Below the pieces are notes generated by a model. It did not search any database. It had not been told where the DNA came from and saw only the letters and a list, made by a program, of their open reading frames with translations. From positions 1 to 64,000 of IMG/VR virus record IMGVR_UViG_3300032295_003840: a stretch of 64,000 nt of DNA; one strand, written 5' to 3'. The position numbers and the translations under genes were made by a program. Below are positions 19,042 through 28,247 of this stretch, piece by piece. The stretch is from a virus. Lineage: Duplodnaviria > Caudoviricetes. Each line of letters opens with the position of its first letter. The first letter of the stretch is position 1.

Positions 19042-20925
19042 TTAATCCTCCATCTTTCTGAAATGTTTCAATCGTTTCATGGTCTCACGGGGTTTGACAC
19101 CCTCGCCAGGATGTGCCACCATGGTGTTGCCGCCCAGATGTGCCTTGACATAACTTAAGGTTTCGTTGCCCGCAGTATCGGTGTCATGCTTCATGGTGGT
19201 CTCATAGCTATGTTCCTCACCATCATAGACCAGATCCGTGGCCTGATTGGGTCTGGACTCTTCCTTGACATGACGCAGGCGCTGGATTTCCATCTGACGT
19301 AGCTTGGGCATGAGACGGTTGCTGATGCGCACCACCGCTGCCTTGGCATTGCGCACAATCTTTTCTACTCGGTCTTTTTCTGCGGCGCTGAGCTGATCTT
19401 TTTTGCGTCCCTGCAGCAGACGACTCATGATTAAATTACGTGCATGAGTAATGCTGCGCTTCTTCAGACGACCCGATGTGCTGACTCTGTGCCGAGCCAC
19501 CTGAGCAGCAATCTCACGCTTGCTCTTGGTTTTAAGGAACTCAAAGCGTTTCTTGATGCGCTGTGCAGCAGTCAGGCCTTCGATCAAATCGCCTTCGGGC
19601 TCCCAGCTTTCTTCTTCGGCCTCTTGGTGATCCTGATCCTTGTAGAGATATTCGATGTCTTTCCATTCCAGTGCATCGATGTGCTTTTCTATGCTCTTCA
19701 GATCATCGTCGCTGATGTCCTGATGTTGCTGTACATCCAGGTCTTTGCGTTGTTCGTTCATGCCATCCTCCGCGGGTTGGTTCATCAGCGCCATCATGTC
19801 ATGTGCATGCTGCTCCATGTAGCTGCGATGCTGTGCCAGCACACCCAGGGTGCTTAGCAACTGTGCGGCATGACGCAGATGTTCATTGAACTGAGTCAGA
19901 CCATGATCGTCTACACTGCCTGGAATTTCCGCGGCACGTTTCTCTATGGCCAGATAATGTGCCGTGGCATCTATGGCCTCCAGCACCAGACTCTGATCAT
20001 AGCCGCTGTTGCCCAGCATGGGTTGAAATGCTGTCATGGCACGTGGACAGTAGTTTAAACTGCCCAGCAGATTCTTGGCAATGTCATCGGGTACCTGGTA
20101 TTCTCGGAAGCTGGTAATGTCGGGCAGATCGTCGGCTTCGCTCAGACTGTCTACATCGTCGATCCAGCGTTTGAAACTTAGGTTCTCGTCAATCTGTACT
20201 GTGACATAGGTTGGGCCACGATACACAATGCGACCTTCCAGGCCAGTAAAGCTGTCAATGACCTGTTCGTTGAGTCGCAGACGCTGACCTGTGACATAGT
20301 CTTCACGACTTTCTTCGTGAACACCCATGCCATGGCGTACGTCATTGTACATTTCCTGACTGTGCTTTTCGTTCTTGGCAATACGGCTGGGCAGGCCTGC
20401 ACGGAACTTGTCAAAGTGACCGCCGGCTGCGTGTTTGCGCATGTCAGTACCGCTCACACCTTCTCGGCGTTCGCCAGTGTTCTCGATGCTGATTTTATTG
20501 AACTTGTAGTAGCCATGTGCCTTGCCTTCCACACCGTTGTAGTCGTGCAGCAACTTATGATAGCCTGCAGCACGATCGCCACCGCCGGCTATGACCAGAT
20601 GTTTGACACCCGCGGCATGAGCCTGAGCAGCATGATGCAGTATAGTGGGTGCTTCTTTGCTGCTGGTCTTGAGTTCGGTGTTGGTAAGATGTCCAAAGGC
20701 CCGCTTCATGTGCTTGACCTTCTGTGCGGCGCTCAGTGGATTCTTCTTCTCATCATGACTATGGCTGGCAATGACGTGCAGATCTGCACCGTGTTTTTGT
20801 GCTATGTCGTGCGCAGCCTGTACATTCTCTTCGTGTCCCTTGGTTATGGGATTCATTCTACCAAACAGTATGACCCTGGATTTAGGCTTGGCTGCTTCCA
20901 GGACTACGCTGCGAAAAGTTTTCAT
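19042..20925 (-). CDS. HxGH nucleotidyltransferase (cytidyltransferase-like) with long C-terminal extension
   Basis: FGRMNPITKGH, KNPLS, AGGGDR, VSGTDMR; MKTFRSVVLEA N-terminus. Confidence 0.8.
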   Translation of the reverse strand: MKTFRSVVLEAAKPKSRVILFGRMNPITKGHEENVQAAHDIAQKHGADLHVIASHSHDEKKNPLSAAQKVKHMKRAFGHLTNTELKTSSKEAPTILHHAAQAHAAGVKHLVIAGGGDRAAGYHKLLHDYNGVEGKAHGYYKFNKISIENTGERREGVSGTDMRKHAAGGHFDKFRAGLPSRIAKNEKHSQEMYNDVRHGMGVHEESREDYVTGQRLRLNEQVIDSFTGLEGRIVYRGPTYVTVQIDENLSFKRWIDDVDSLSEADDLPDITSFREYQVPDDIAKNLLGSLNYCPRAMTAFQPMLGNSGYDQSLVLEAIDATAHYLAIEKRAAEIPGSVDDHGLTQFNEHLRHAAQLLSTLGVLAQHRSYMEQHAHDMMALMNQPAEDGMNEQRKDLDVQQHQDISDDDLKSIEKHIDALEWKDIEYLYKDQDHQEAEEESWEPEGDLIEGLTAAQRIKKRFEFLKTKSKREIAAQVARHRVSTSGRLKKRSITHARNLIMSRLLQGRKKDQLSAAEKDRVEKIVRNAKAAVVRISNRLMPKLRQMEIQRLRHVKEESRPNQATDLVYDGEEHSYETTMKHDTDTAGNETLSYVKAHLGGNTMVAHPGEGVKPRETMKRLKHFRKMED

Positions 20926-21572
20926 TGTTTTTCTCCGTGGTATTTCTTGAGCGAGCCATTGGGCTGCGCATGCCAGGCATGGAAGTTGGTGTTGGGATAT
21001 TCCTGCCTGAGCTTTAGAAAATGATGCAAATTGGTGCGGCTGTCGTCATACATGTGCACACTGCCATAGGGATGCTTGTCCAGGTATCGACGCAACACGG
21101 CATTCTTCTTTATGGCGGGCAGATCGTCGCCAGGCTCATTGCCAGCGCGATGTGCGTGTATGGGTTTGTGCTGATGATCCACAGCCACACCATGCTGACG
21201 AAAGGTGTCTAGAAACCGTTCTTTGTCGTCAAAGTCAGCGCGAGCCGTATTCATGATCACACGACTGTTGGGTACATTGACCACGTGTCGGTGTATGGCC
21301 TTCATTTTGTTCAACATGGGCTGTATGGGGCGACTGGTTGTCTGAAACTTCTTGGCATCGCGGAATTCGGAAAAGTCATAGCTATGACCACGTGGCAGCT
21401 GATGATCGTTGAACTCGCTGTTGCTGAGCCGCTGTACTACTCGGCCCGTAGGATCCTTGACATGGATCTTGGCGTGAGTATGGAACAGTGTATCGTCGAT
21501 GTCAAAGACGTGCAGGCTGCTCTTCTTGGCCGCCTCGTCCAGAGTCTCGATGTGTTCTAGTAAACTTTTCAT
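20922..21572 (-). CDS. HAD-superfamily phosphatase
   Basis: VFDIDDTLF, NTAR, K, YDDSRTNL. Confidence 0.8.
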   Translation of the reverse strand: MKSLLEHIETLDEAAKKSSLHVFDIDDTLFHTHAKIHVKDPTGRVVQRLSNSEFNDHQLPRGHSYDFSEFRDAKKFQTTSRPIQPMLNKMKAIHRHVVNVPNSRVIMNTARADFDDKERFLDTFRQHGVAVDHQHKPIHAHRAGNEPGDDLPAIKKNAVLRRYLDKHPYGSVHMYDDSRTNLHHFLKLRQEYPNTNFHAWHAQPNGSLKKYHGEKQ

Positions 21573-21928
21573 TTTTTATAGTGCGCGTGTACTTCGCGTC
21601 CATGAAATTCTACATAGTCGGCATGCTTGACTGGCGTGTTATCATCTTTATGCACAAATGGATGCTCGGCGTTGCCAGGCTGAAACTTGATGGGTCTTTT
21701 GTTGTGACCCGCAGGTACAGACTTGGCTGGTGTGCCATGCATATAAGCATAGACTCGTTTGCCAGCTTCGTGCGCATCGTGATCCACGTGCGGACGAGCG
21801 CCTTTTAAAATGACATGCGGATGCTCGCCCTTGAGTCCATGACCTTCACTGTCGTGACGCAGCTGCCAGTGTTGATTTGTGTGGTTATAGTTAACCATGT
21901 CTTCACTAAACTGACGAAATGTCTTCAT
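21569..21928 (-). CDS. Probable internal head protein
   Basis: MKTFRQFSED N-terminus; KRVYAY. Confidence 0.6.
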   Translation of the reverse strand: MKTFRQFSEDMVNYNHTNQHWQLRHDSEGHGLKGEHPHVILKGARPHVDHDAHEAGKRVYAYMHGTPAKSVPAGHNKRPIKFQPGNAEHPFVHKDDNTPVKHADYVEFHGREVHAHYKK

Positions 21929-23163
21929 CGGGTATCCAGCATAGGTAACTTATCGTCACGTTTGAATCCACCCTTCTGCAGGTTGGCCTGACTGAAGCCG
22001 CCTGTGCCACGATTGATTAATTTAGTGGGTCGGTTTTCCCGAGTCACGGCTACTGTGCCCTCGGCCGAGCTGGGCTGACCATTGATTGAATACTTGTAGC
22101 CCGTGGTGTCACCACGAGTCAGAGCAGGCAGCAAAGCGTTCTTGGCATTCTGAATATGCTGATGCATTTGCAGGGCTGCTGCTAGCTGCTTTTTATTTTT
22201 CTTGATGTGAGCTAGGTCGGCCTGCATCTGTGCAGCCTTCTGTGCCTTGGCTTTGTCGGTCTTTACACTGTCTATGGCCTTCTGATGACGGGCAGTGACG
22301 TGTTGGGTCAAACCTTCCACACTGGGTGCTTCGCCATGAGCCACGCTCTTGTTGATGTGCGTGGTAACGTGTTCCTGATCTATGCCTGCCAAGGCTCCGA
22401 AGATTCCGTGACGATCCGAGCCAGTCAGGATCTTGCCTGCGGCATTCATTTCCTTCTTGAATGCCTCGTGTTCCTGGTCGGTATACTTGGCTCGTTTGGC
22501 ATCAAATCCTTCGTGCCAGTGATGCATATGCACATCGTGATGCTGACGAAAGCCCGAGGTGTCGGGTGTATAGTCAGCCTTCATGTTTTCTAAATTGGTG
22601 CCCTTGTAGCCAGTATGCACATAGAAGCCCATCTTGGCTCGGGCTATTTTGGCAGCCTGCGGCGACTTCTTGTCTGCGCTGTACTGTATGAGCTGCGGCT
22701 TGAAGTGATAGTTGCCCTTCTCATCCTGAGTCACATCGCCATCGTCTTTGTTGTAGAGAAAGTCGCCCTGGAATACTCCAGCCTTGGGAGCTACCTTGGG
22801 TAGATGTTTCAGAGCTGCTTTTAATTTGCTGACCAGACCCGGAGCATGACCATGATTGCGTTCGATGTCGGCTTCGGTATAGTTGAGCTTGGGGTCCTTG
22901 TTGAAGGCTGACTTGCTGGCCACGAAAAACTTGCCCGTCTCGGGATGATAGCCAAACACCACGCTGGGCGCGCCATCGTATTTGGTCATGACCCGTGTGC
23001 CAGTATCATGCCCCTGCAGCGATTCTGCCGTGGTCTTCAGGGTATTGAATGCGTGATGGAAGCCTGATTCCCCGCTTTTTACCAGATGGTCTTCGGGGTG
23101 TTCCAGATGCTTGAGCTTGTCTTCGGTGGTTTCTTCCACCAAGAAACTGGTAAATGATCTCAT
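21925..23163 (-). CDS. DUF6267-like protein with ligase-type KxDG motif
   Basis: HLEHPED, TKYDGAPS, FFVASKSAFNK, QGDFLY, EG..V, KLINR; MRSFTSFLVEE. Confidence 0.7.
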   Translation of the reverse strand: MRSFTSFLVEETTEDKLKHLEHPEDHLVKSGESGFHHAFNTLKTTAESLQGHDTGTRVMTKYDGAPSVVFGYHPETGKFFVASKSAFNKDPKLNYTEADIERNHGHAPGLVSKLKAALKHLPKVAPKAGVFQGDFLYNKDDGDVTQDEKGNYHFKPQLIQYSADKKSPQAAKIARAKMGFYVHTGYKGTNLENMKADYTPDTSGFRQHHDVHMHHWHEGFDAKRAKYTDQEHEAFKKEMNAAGKILTGSDRHGIFGALAGIDQEHVTTHINKSVAHGEAPSVEGLTQHVTARHQKAIDSVKTDKAKAQKAAQMQADLAHIKKNKKQLAAALQMHQHIQNAKNALLPALTRGDTTGYKYSINGQPSSAEGTVAVTRENRPTKLINRGTGGFSQANLQKGGFKRDDKLPMLDTR

Positions 23164-23194
23164 GTGTCCCATTGAAATATGATGTGCGACCCTA

Positions 23195-23202
23195 TATTTA
23201 TA
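23195..23202 (-). promoter_or_regulatory. T4-type late promoter
   Basis: TATAAATA upstream of 23163 gene. Confidence 0.7.
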
Positions 23203-23207
23203 TCGAA

Positions 23208-24362
23208 TTAGATTTGTATGCCCAGCTTTTCCCCAGAGTTTTTGCCTTTGCTTCTAAGCCAGGGACGCGCACCCGTGGCAGCTTTCTTGATATCAGCAGC
23301 AACTATGGTTTCAAACTTGCCCACGCCCGTGGCATCCAGCTCAAATTTTACATAGACTACATTGCCCTTGATGGCATCGGCAAACAGATTGGTATAATCT
23401 AGACTGCCTGTCTTGCTCTGAGCCTGTATGTATTTTTCGCATTCATAGGCTAAGTCGGCATCGGTATATTTCTTCAGGGCTTTCAGGGTAACGTTAGAAG
23501 AGACCCAACTATTAAATTTTTTGCCCAACAACATCTGCATGACATATATGGATCCAGTTTTTGCTGGGTGTGTATTGAGTATGGCCAGGACCTCATATTC
23601 CTTGGTGTTCACGTATTTACGATTCACAGCAGGTCTCTTGAGCAGCAGGTTTAGAATATCTATGGGTTTGACTGTGTTGGTGGTCTTGCCGCTCTTGGCG
23701 CTGATCACCACCGGACCCACCTTGTAGTCCATCAACGGTTCATTGGGTCGGGCTGGAATATAGATTCCGCTGGTGGCATTGATGTCTTTTTCAAATCCCG
23801 TACCAGCCAGTACGTTGTGCTTCAGCACAGCCAGAGGGCCCAGCACTTCGCCAAAGTCTTTGTTGATGTCGCCAATGGGAATGTCGTTGGCAATGTGACC
23901 ATAGAGTTTGGCGGCTCGGCCCTTGGCAGCATTGTCGCCGCTCCAGTAATGCACAAGCTCGGTCAGGTATCCTTTGAGCGGCCCATCCAGATCAGTACGC
24001 TCTTCCAAGGCAGCCAGCAACCTTGTCTTGTATTCCGTGAGCTGTATGGGGTTAGAAGTAATGACGTTGAAAGCCTGTGGCTTAAGGCTAGACGCAGCGC
24101 TGGCCTTGTTGCCAGGCTTGGTGATGTCGCCGATTTTATATCGGACCTGTTTGACCTGACCACCAACCTCGACTCGAATCAAAGGTTTGCTGTCATAGGC
24201 AGTCATTTTAAGCACCACGCACGGTGTGCCAACTGCCAATATCAGTGGCAAGGCCTTGCCCTCGGCATCATAGGCATTGCCTGCTTTTTTAATGGTTGTT
24301 GCTTGTTCTCCCTTGCCCTGATAATACTTGGCCCAGAGAGCGGCGCCTGTGCTTCCTGCCAT
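23208..24362 (-). CDS. Hypothetical protein, possible PD-(D/E)xK nuclease
   Basis: KDFGEVLGP...NEPLMDY..VISAKSG. Confidence 0.5.
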   Translation of the reverse strand: MAGSTGAALWAKYYQGKGEQATTIKKAGNAYDAEGKALPLILAVGTPCVVLKMTAYDSKPLIRVEVGGQVKQVRYKIGDITKPGNKASAASSLKPQAFNVITSNPIQLTEYKTRLLAALEERTDLDGPLKGYLTELVHYWSGDNAAKGRAAKLYGHIANDIPIGDINKDFGEVLGPLAVLKHNVLAGTGFEKDINATSGIYIPARPNEPLMDYKVGPVVISAKSGKTTNTVKPIDILNLLLKRPAVNRKYVNTKEYEVLAILNTHPAKTGSIYVMQMLLGKKFNSWVSSNVTLKALKKYTDADLAYECEKYIQAQSKTGSLDYTNLFADAIKGNVVYVKFELDATGVGKFETIVAADIKKAATGARPWLRSKGKNSGEKLGIQI

Positions 24363-24386
24363 GCTGACTCCTAATTGATATAGGAG

Positions 24387-24394
24387 TATTTATA
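24387..24394 (-). promoter_or_regulatory. T4-type late promoter
   Basis: TATAAATA. Confidence 0.7.
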
Positions 24395-24395
24395 G

Positions 24396-25067
24396 TTATT
24401 CGGCCCAGGGCTGTTCGCTGTAGTGTTCGTAGATGTTGCTCCACAGCATGCGCACCAGCTCTTCGCCCAGAGCATGCTGTTCGGCAACGTCAATCTTGTT
24501 GCTCAACAGGTTGCCCATGGGGCGATCTCTGACACCGCAGATGGTGGTGCCAGCATAGACATCCAGATCCACGCAAAGATTTAGACTGGCCTTGACTACT
24601 ATCCAGCCAGTATGACGTGCGTCGGCACCAAAGCTCAGTATCTTTTCTCGATTGCGACGATAGATGCCAGGGTCGCCTGGATTGCTCACCAGTGTTTCGT
24701 TGAACCGATCGTTCAAAATATTACGGAAAAGCTGCAACAGTATGTTAAAACTAAAGGGGTCATGATGGAATGCATCGTAGAGTCTGCGTAGACGACGATA
24801 ATTGATTAGCCAGCCCCAGCTGATCTGACCAGGCCCATGATAGGTAATGGCACCAGAACGATCCATGGGCTGCAGAACTATGCCATTGATGTGGCTGGGC
24901 GCCAGAGCTTCATCGACTTCCTGGGTGCCGTAGGTGAACAGTTGATCAACATGAGTCATGATCCAGTAGCGATCTGGCGCATCCTGATCATGTCTCTGAA
25001 TTATTTCATCGCATTGTTGATTGAGATTGTTGTTGAAGGTTCTATGACAAAGTTGTACAGGAATCAT
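24396..25067 (-). CDS. LipB-like octanoyltransferase paralog 2 (divergent)
   Basis: FTYG, DRSGAITYHGPGQ, PGIY, KILSFG, SLNL, ICGV. Confidence 0.75.
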   Translation of the reverse strand: MIPVQLCHRTFNNNLNQQCDEIIQRHDQDAPDRYWIMTHVDQLFTYGTQEVDEALAPSHINGIVLQPMDRSGAITYHGPGQISWGWLINYRRLRRLYDAFHHDPFSFNILLQLFRNILNDRFNETLVSNPGDPGIYRRNREKILSFGADARHTGWIVVKASLNLCVDLDVYAGTTICGVRDRPMGNLLSNKIDVAEQHALGEELVRMLWSNIYEHYSEQPWAE

Positions 25068-25069
25068 GT

Positions 25070-25753
25070 TTATTCAGTCCAGGACGTTAGCTGATATTCT
25101 TCGTAGACCAGATCCAGAAAGCGCTGTGTTATGTTGGTGGCCAACTGTTGCTGGGTATTCAGGTCGGGCAGGCTCTGCAGCAGATTGCCCATGGGTCGAT
25201 TGTCTACTCCACAGATGGTGGTGTTGGCATAGACATCTAGATTGACATACAGGTTCAGGCTGAGCTTCAGAGCAAACCAGCTGATGCCTGGCATGTCTAT
25301 GCCGTAGCTTGCTATCTTTTCGCCCGTGGGTCGATACAGTCCAGGATCTGTAGGATGTGATTCCAGAGTTTCGTTGAACTCAGCATTGACAGCGTCTCGG
25401 AAATATCTCAGCACAGCGTCGATGCTTAACACTTCGGTGCGGGCGATGCGACGCAGACGACGATAGTTCATGATGCCAACCCAGCTTAGCTGTCCTGGTC
25501 CATGATAGGTTATGCCACCGGTGCGTATCTGCGGCACCACGTTCAGACCGTTGAGCTGCGCAGGTATTGCAGCACTGTCATGCTCATTCTTGGTACCATA
25601 GGTGAACAGATGCTGATCAGCATTGGTCATGATCCAGAAACGATCGGGCCGATCAACGTTGGTGTCATCGGCAACAATGTGCAGCAGACGACTGCAGTCA
25701 TTGTTGACGATTTCGTTGCTGTACTGCGCGTGTTTAAGTTGAATGTTGATCAT
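25070..25753 (-). CDS. LipB-like octanoyltransferase paralog 1 (divergent)
   Basis: FTYG, RTGGITYHGPGQL, PGLY, KIASYG, SLNL, ICGV. Confidence 0.8.
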   Translation of the reverse strand: MINIQLKHAQYSNEIVNNDCSRLLHIVADDTNVDRPDRFWIMTNADQHLFTYGTKNEHDSAAIPAQLNGLNVVPQIRTGGITYHGPGQLSWVGIMNYRRLRRIARTEVLSIDAVLRYFRDAVNAEFNETLESHPTDPGLYRPTGEKIASYGIDMPGISWFALKLSLNLYVNLDVYANTTICGVDNRPMGNLLQSLPDLNTQQQLATNITQRFLDLVYEEYQLTSWTE

Positions 25754-25777
25754 GACACCACCAGATAGTTTATCTGG

Positions 25778-26113
25778 TTATTTATCGTAGTCAATGTCGT
25801 GTATCATGCCCAGCTTCTTGGCATTGTCCCAGCTGTTCAGATAGTCGTTGTCGGCATCGAACAACTTGAGATATTCGGCCTCGCTGACTTCCCGCACATG
25901 ATTGTGTACTTCGTCCAGATGCTGCTGACTCAGCTCGTTGACCTCTTGCATGACTACAGTGTCTGCAGCATGCTCGGCCGAGCGAGCTCGCACAGCATAG
26001 CGCATACGGAACATGCTTATGGTCTCGACAATGTAGATTGCAGTATCGGGTTCTTTGGGTGCCTCATCCTGAGTCCAGGTCAGAGGCGCATAGATTGGTC
26101 GGTCCTGATTCAT
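25778..26113 (-). CDS. Hypothetical protein
   Basis: YIVETISMFRMRYAV motif. Confidence 0.65.
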   Translation of the reverse strand: MNQDRPIYAPLTWTQDEAPKEPDTAIYIVETISMFRMRYAVRARSAEHAADTVVMQEVNELSQQHLDEVHNHVREVSEAEYLKLFDADNDYLNSWDNAKKLGMIHDIDYDK

Positions 26114-26115
26114 AA

Positions 26116-26982
26116 TTAGATCTCCACACTCTTCAATTTAAAACGATCTGCACGTTCCTCGTAGCCATCATAGCCACGGGGGTTACAGAACACTCGGGTA
26201 CTGCCCACCATGTAGTCAAAGTCTTCATGTGTATGTCCATGAGTCCAGAGTTTGATGTTGGGATTGTTCAACATGAACTCGGTCAGATCCGAACTATAGG
26301 CCGTGTTCATCAGAGTTTCATGTCGATAGCGAGGATGAGTACTGGCCTTGCTGGGCGCATGATGTCCAACCACAACAACCTTCATGCCAGCGGGCGTGTC
26401 GTCCAACACAGCCTGCAGTTTAGACATGAACTGCAGATGATCCTCATAACCATCTTCAGGACAGAAGGCAGCAGTGCGCTCGTGAAATTTACCGTCAGCG
26501 TCTTTGAAGCTGACCTGACGGCCACTGTGCCGGACACCACGATAATCGTTCATCATACCTGCAACAGTACGCATGGCCATATGATCGCCAGGCCCGTTGC
26601 CCAGGTCAAAGTCAGTCCACAGAGTGCCACCAAAGAAGCGCACACCTTCGATGTCTCTGACTTCCTTGTCCAGGAAATAGACATTGGCCCAGGGCTCGGT
26701 AAACTTGCGAATTATGTCGGCGCTGCGCGCATAGTCGCCATGATAGTGCTCATGGTTGCCCATGATTAAGATCACGTGTTTGAAGTTTTTGCTGGCGCTG
26801 TCCAGCAGCTCAGTGAGCCGTTCACTATGCCGTGTGTTCATGATGTTGTAGGGATCGGGCTCGCGCAGATCTGCGGCCACGCAGACATCGCCGCCTAGGA
26901 TCAGAACGTCGGCACCGTCCTCATTGGTCAGCGTCAGTGGACCAAACTCTAGATGCACATCACTGGTTACTGCTATTTTCAT
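26116..26982 (-). CDS. Calcineurin-like metallophosphoesterase
   Basis: SDVHLE, GGDV, MGNHEHY, HHAP, HGHTH, CNPRGY. Confidence 0.92.
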   Translation of the reverse strand: MKIAVTSDVHLEFGPLTLTNEDGADVLILGGDVCVAADLREPDPYNIMNTRHSERLTELLDSASKNFKHVILIMGNHEHYHGDYARSADIIRKFTEPWANVYFLDKEVRDIEGVRFFGGTLWTDFDLGNGPGDHMAMRTVAGMMNDYRGVRHSGRQVSFKDADGKFHERTAAFCPEDGYEDHLQFMSKLQAVLDDTPAGMKVVVVGHHAPSKASTHPRYRHETLMNTAYSSDLTEFMLNNPNIKLWTHGHTHEDFDYMVGSTRVFCNPRGYDGYEERADRFKLKSVEI

Positions 26983-26992
26983 TTAAGTTCTT

Positions 26993-27817
26993 TCAAGTCC
27001 ATAGTGAGTCACGAATTTTGATCAATCGAATCATCATGTCTTCGTCTTCCTGACGATACTGCTGTTCAATTTTATCGCAAAGATCCAGAGCCGCATGTCG
27101 TTCCTTGCGCCCTTCGTCATCGTCATCGTCGACGTCGAAGAAGTCTCCACCGTCTGTGCGTCGTCGTTCACAGATTGCGCTCCAGCCGCTGGCTTCGTAG
27201 GGGTCAGGGCGGTTGGGATAGACTTCGGTCCACCAGGTGTACAGTGCTAGAATTTCTCGGGCACGCTCGGCCTGTGGACTGCTCTGATTACGGTCGGGAT
27301 GATCATCGGACAGGTAGTCATTGACCAGCGTCATTTGCCAGTCCAGATTGTCTAACCCTGCCTGCGGACAGCGCCAGGTGCGCCAGCGGAACCAACCAGT
27401 AGCCCAGAAGGGTGCATCATACTTGTCGCGCACACTCTTGCCTTCCCAGGCTATGTGCCACCAAGCCAGCTCCACTTCAACAAAGTCTCTAAGTTCATTA
27501 AAAAGACATGGCAGAAAGCGGCTGCCAACATCACGCCACTCACCGCGAGGAATGTCGCTTGCATGAGCAGTAAGAGCGTGGGTACGAGTAACCCAACGAT
27601 TGTTGACGTAATATTTGACATCATAGATCTTTCTTACAGGCCAGGTTATGGTGTCCTGAATCCAATCCAGGGCTTCTTCGGCTAACCAGTAACGCACAGG
27701 GTGAGCCAGCTTGGCATCCTGCCTCCAGTTTCGCCATCCCTTGGATGTTTCAGCATGAGGCTTAGACGTGCCGCGCAACCAATTAGCGAACCTACTGCAA
27801 CTCCAATAATTACGCAC
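26993..27817 (-). CDS. Conserved Trp-rich phage protein
   Basis: NYWSCS..WLRG, EILALYTWW..RPDP, MMIRLIKIRDSLWT. Confidence 0.7.
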   Translation of the reverse strand: MRNYWSCSRFANWLRGTSKPHAETSKGWRNWRQDAKLAHPVRYWLAEEALDWIQDTITWPVRKIYDVKYYVNNRWVTRTHALTAHASDIPRGEWRDVGSRFLPCLFNELRDFVEVELAWWHIAWEGKSVRDKYDAPFWATGWFRWRTWRCPQAGLDNLDWQMTLVNDYLSDDHPDRNQSSPQAERAREILALYTWWTEVYPNRPDPYEASGWSAICERRRTDGGDFFDVDDDDDEGRKERHAALDLCDKIEQQYRQEDEDMMIRLIKIRDSLWT

Positions 27818-27907
27818 ACTCTACTCCTTTTAAATAAGTGCTGGTTACGGTTCCAGCGTTGCCGCATGTGTTATGTTGTATAACGTGGCACAACCGGTTT
27901 CACGGTC

Positions 27908-28162
27908 TTACTGACCGAAAGCAGTGCTACCCATGCTGGCGTAGGCTGCGGCGACCATGGCACGGCTGGGGGTACCCAGACGATAGAAGGTCTTGCCATC
28001 GCTAGAACGTGTATTGGCATACACGGCGTGGCCTTCACTGCGCAAGTCGCTTACGCGTGCGCGGATGCTGGCTTTGGTTGTGGAAACCAGACCAGCCAAT
28101 TGTCCAGCTGTATAAGCCTGGCCAGACTTCAGGACTTTCAGGATACGCTCACTTTGAGTCAT
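27908..28162 (-). CDS. Winged-helix DNA-binding protein
   Basis: RILKVLKSG..SIRARVSDLRSEG..YRLGTPSR. Confidence 0.7.
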   Translation of the reverse strand: MTQSERILKVLKSGQAYTAGQLAGLVSTTKASIRARVSDLRSEGHAVYANTRSSDGKTFYRLGTPSRAMVAAAYASMGSTAFGQ

Positions 28163-28189
28163 GTATCTATCTCCATACTCCTCTTCAAG

Positions 28190-28225
28190 AAAAAATGATC
28201 TGGGTCCGAGGGCCGACCCAGATCA
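28190..28225 (-). terminator. Intrinsic terminator
   Basis: TGATCTGGGTC-GGCCCTCG-GACCCAGATCA followed by TTTTTT on minus strand. Confidence 0.8.
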
Positions 28226-28247
28226 ACTACACCCATTGCGGGTATAA

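Noticed and set aside
27870-27895. Pistol ribozyme (GCCACGTTA resemblance)
   Set aside because: The remaining pistol consensus and pseudoknot are not present.
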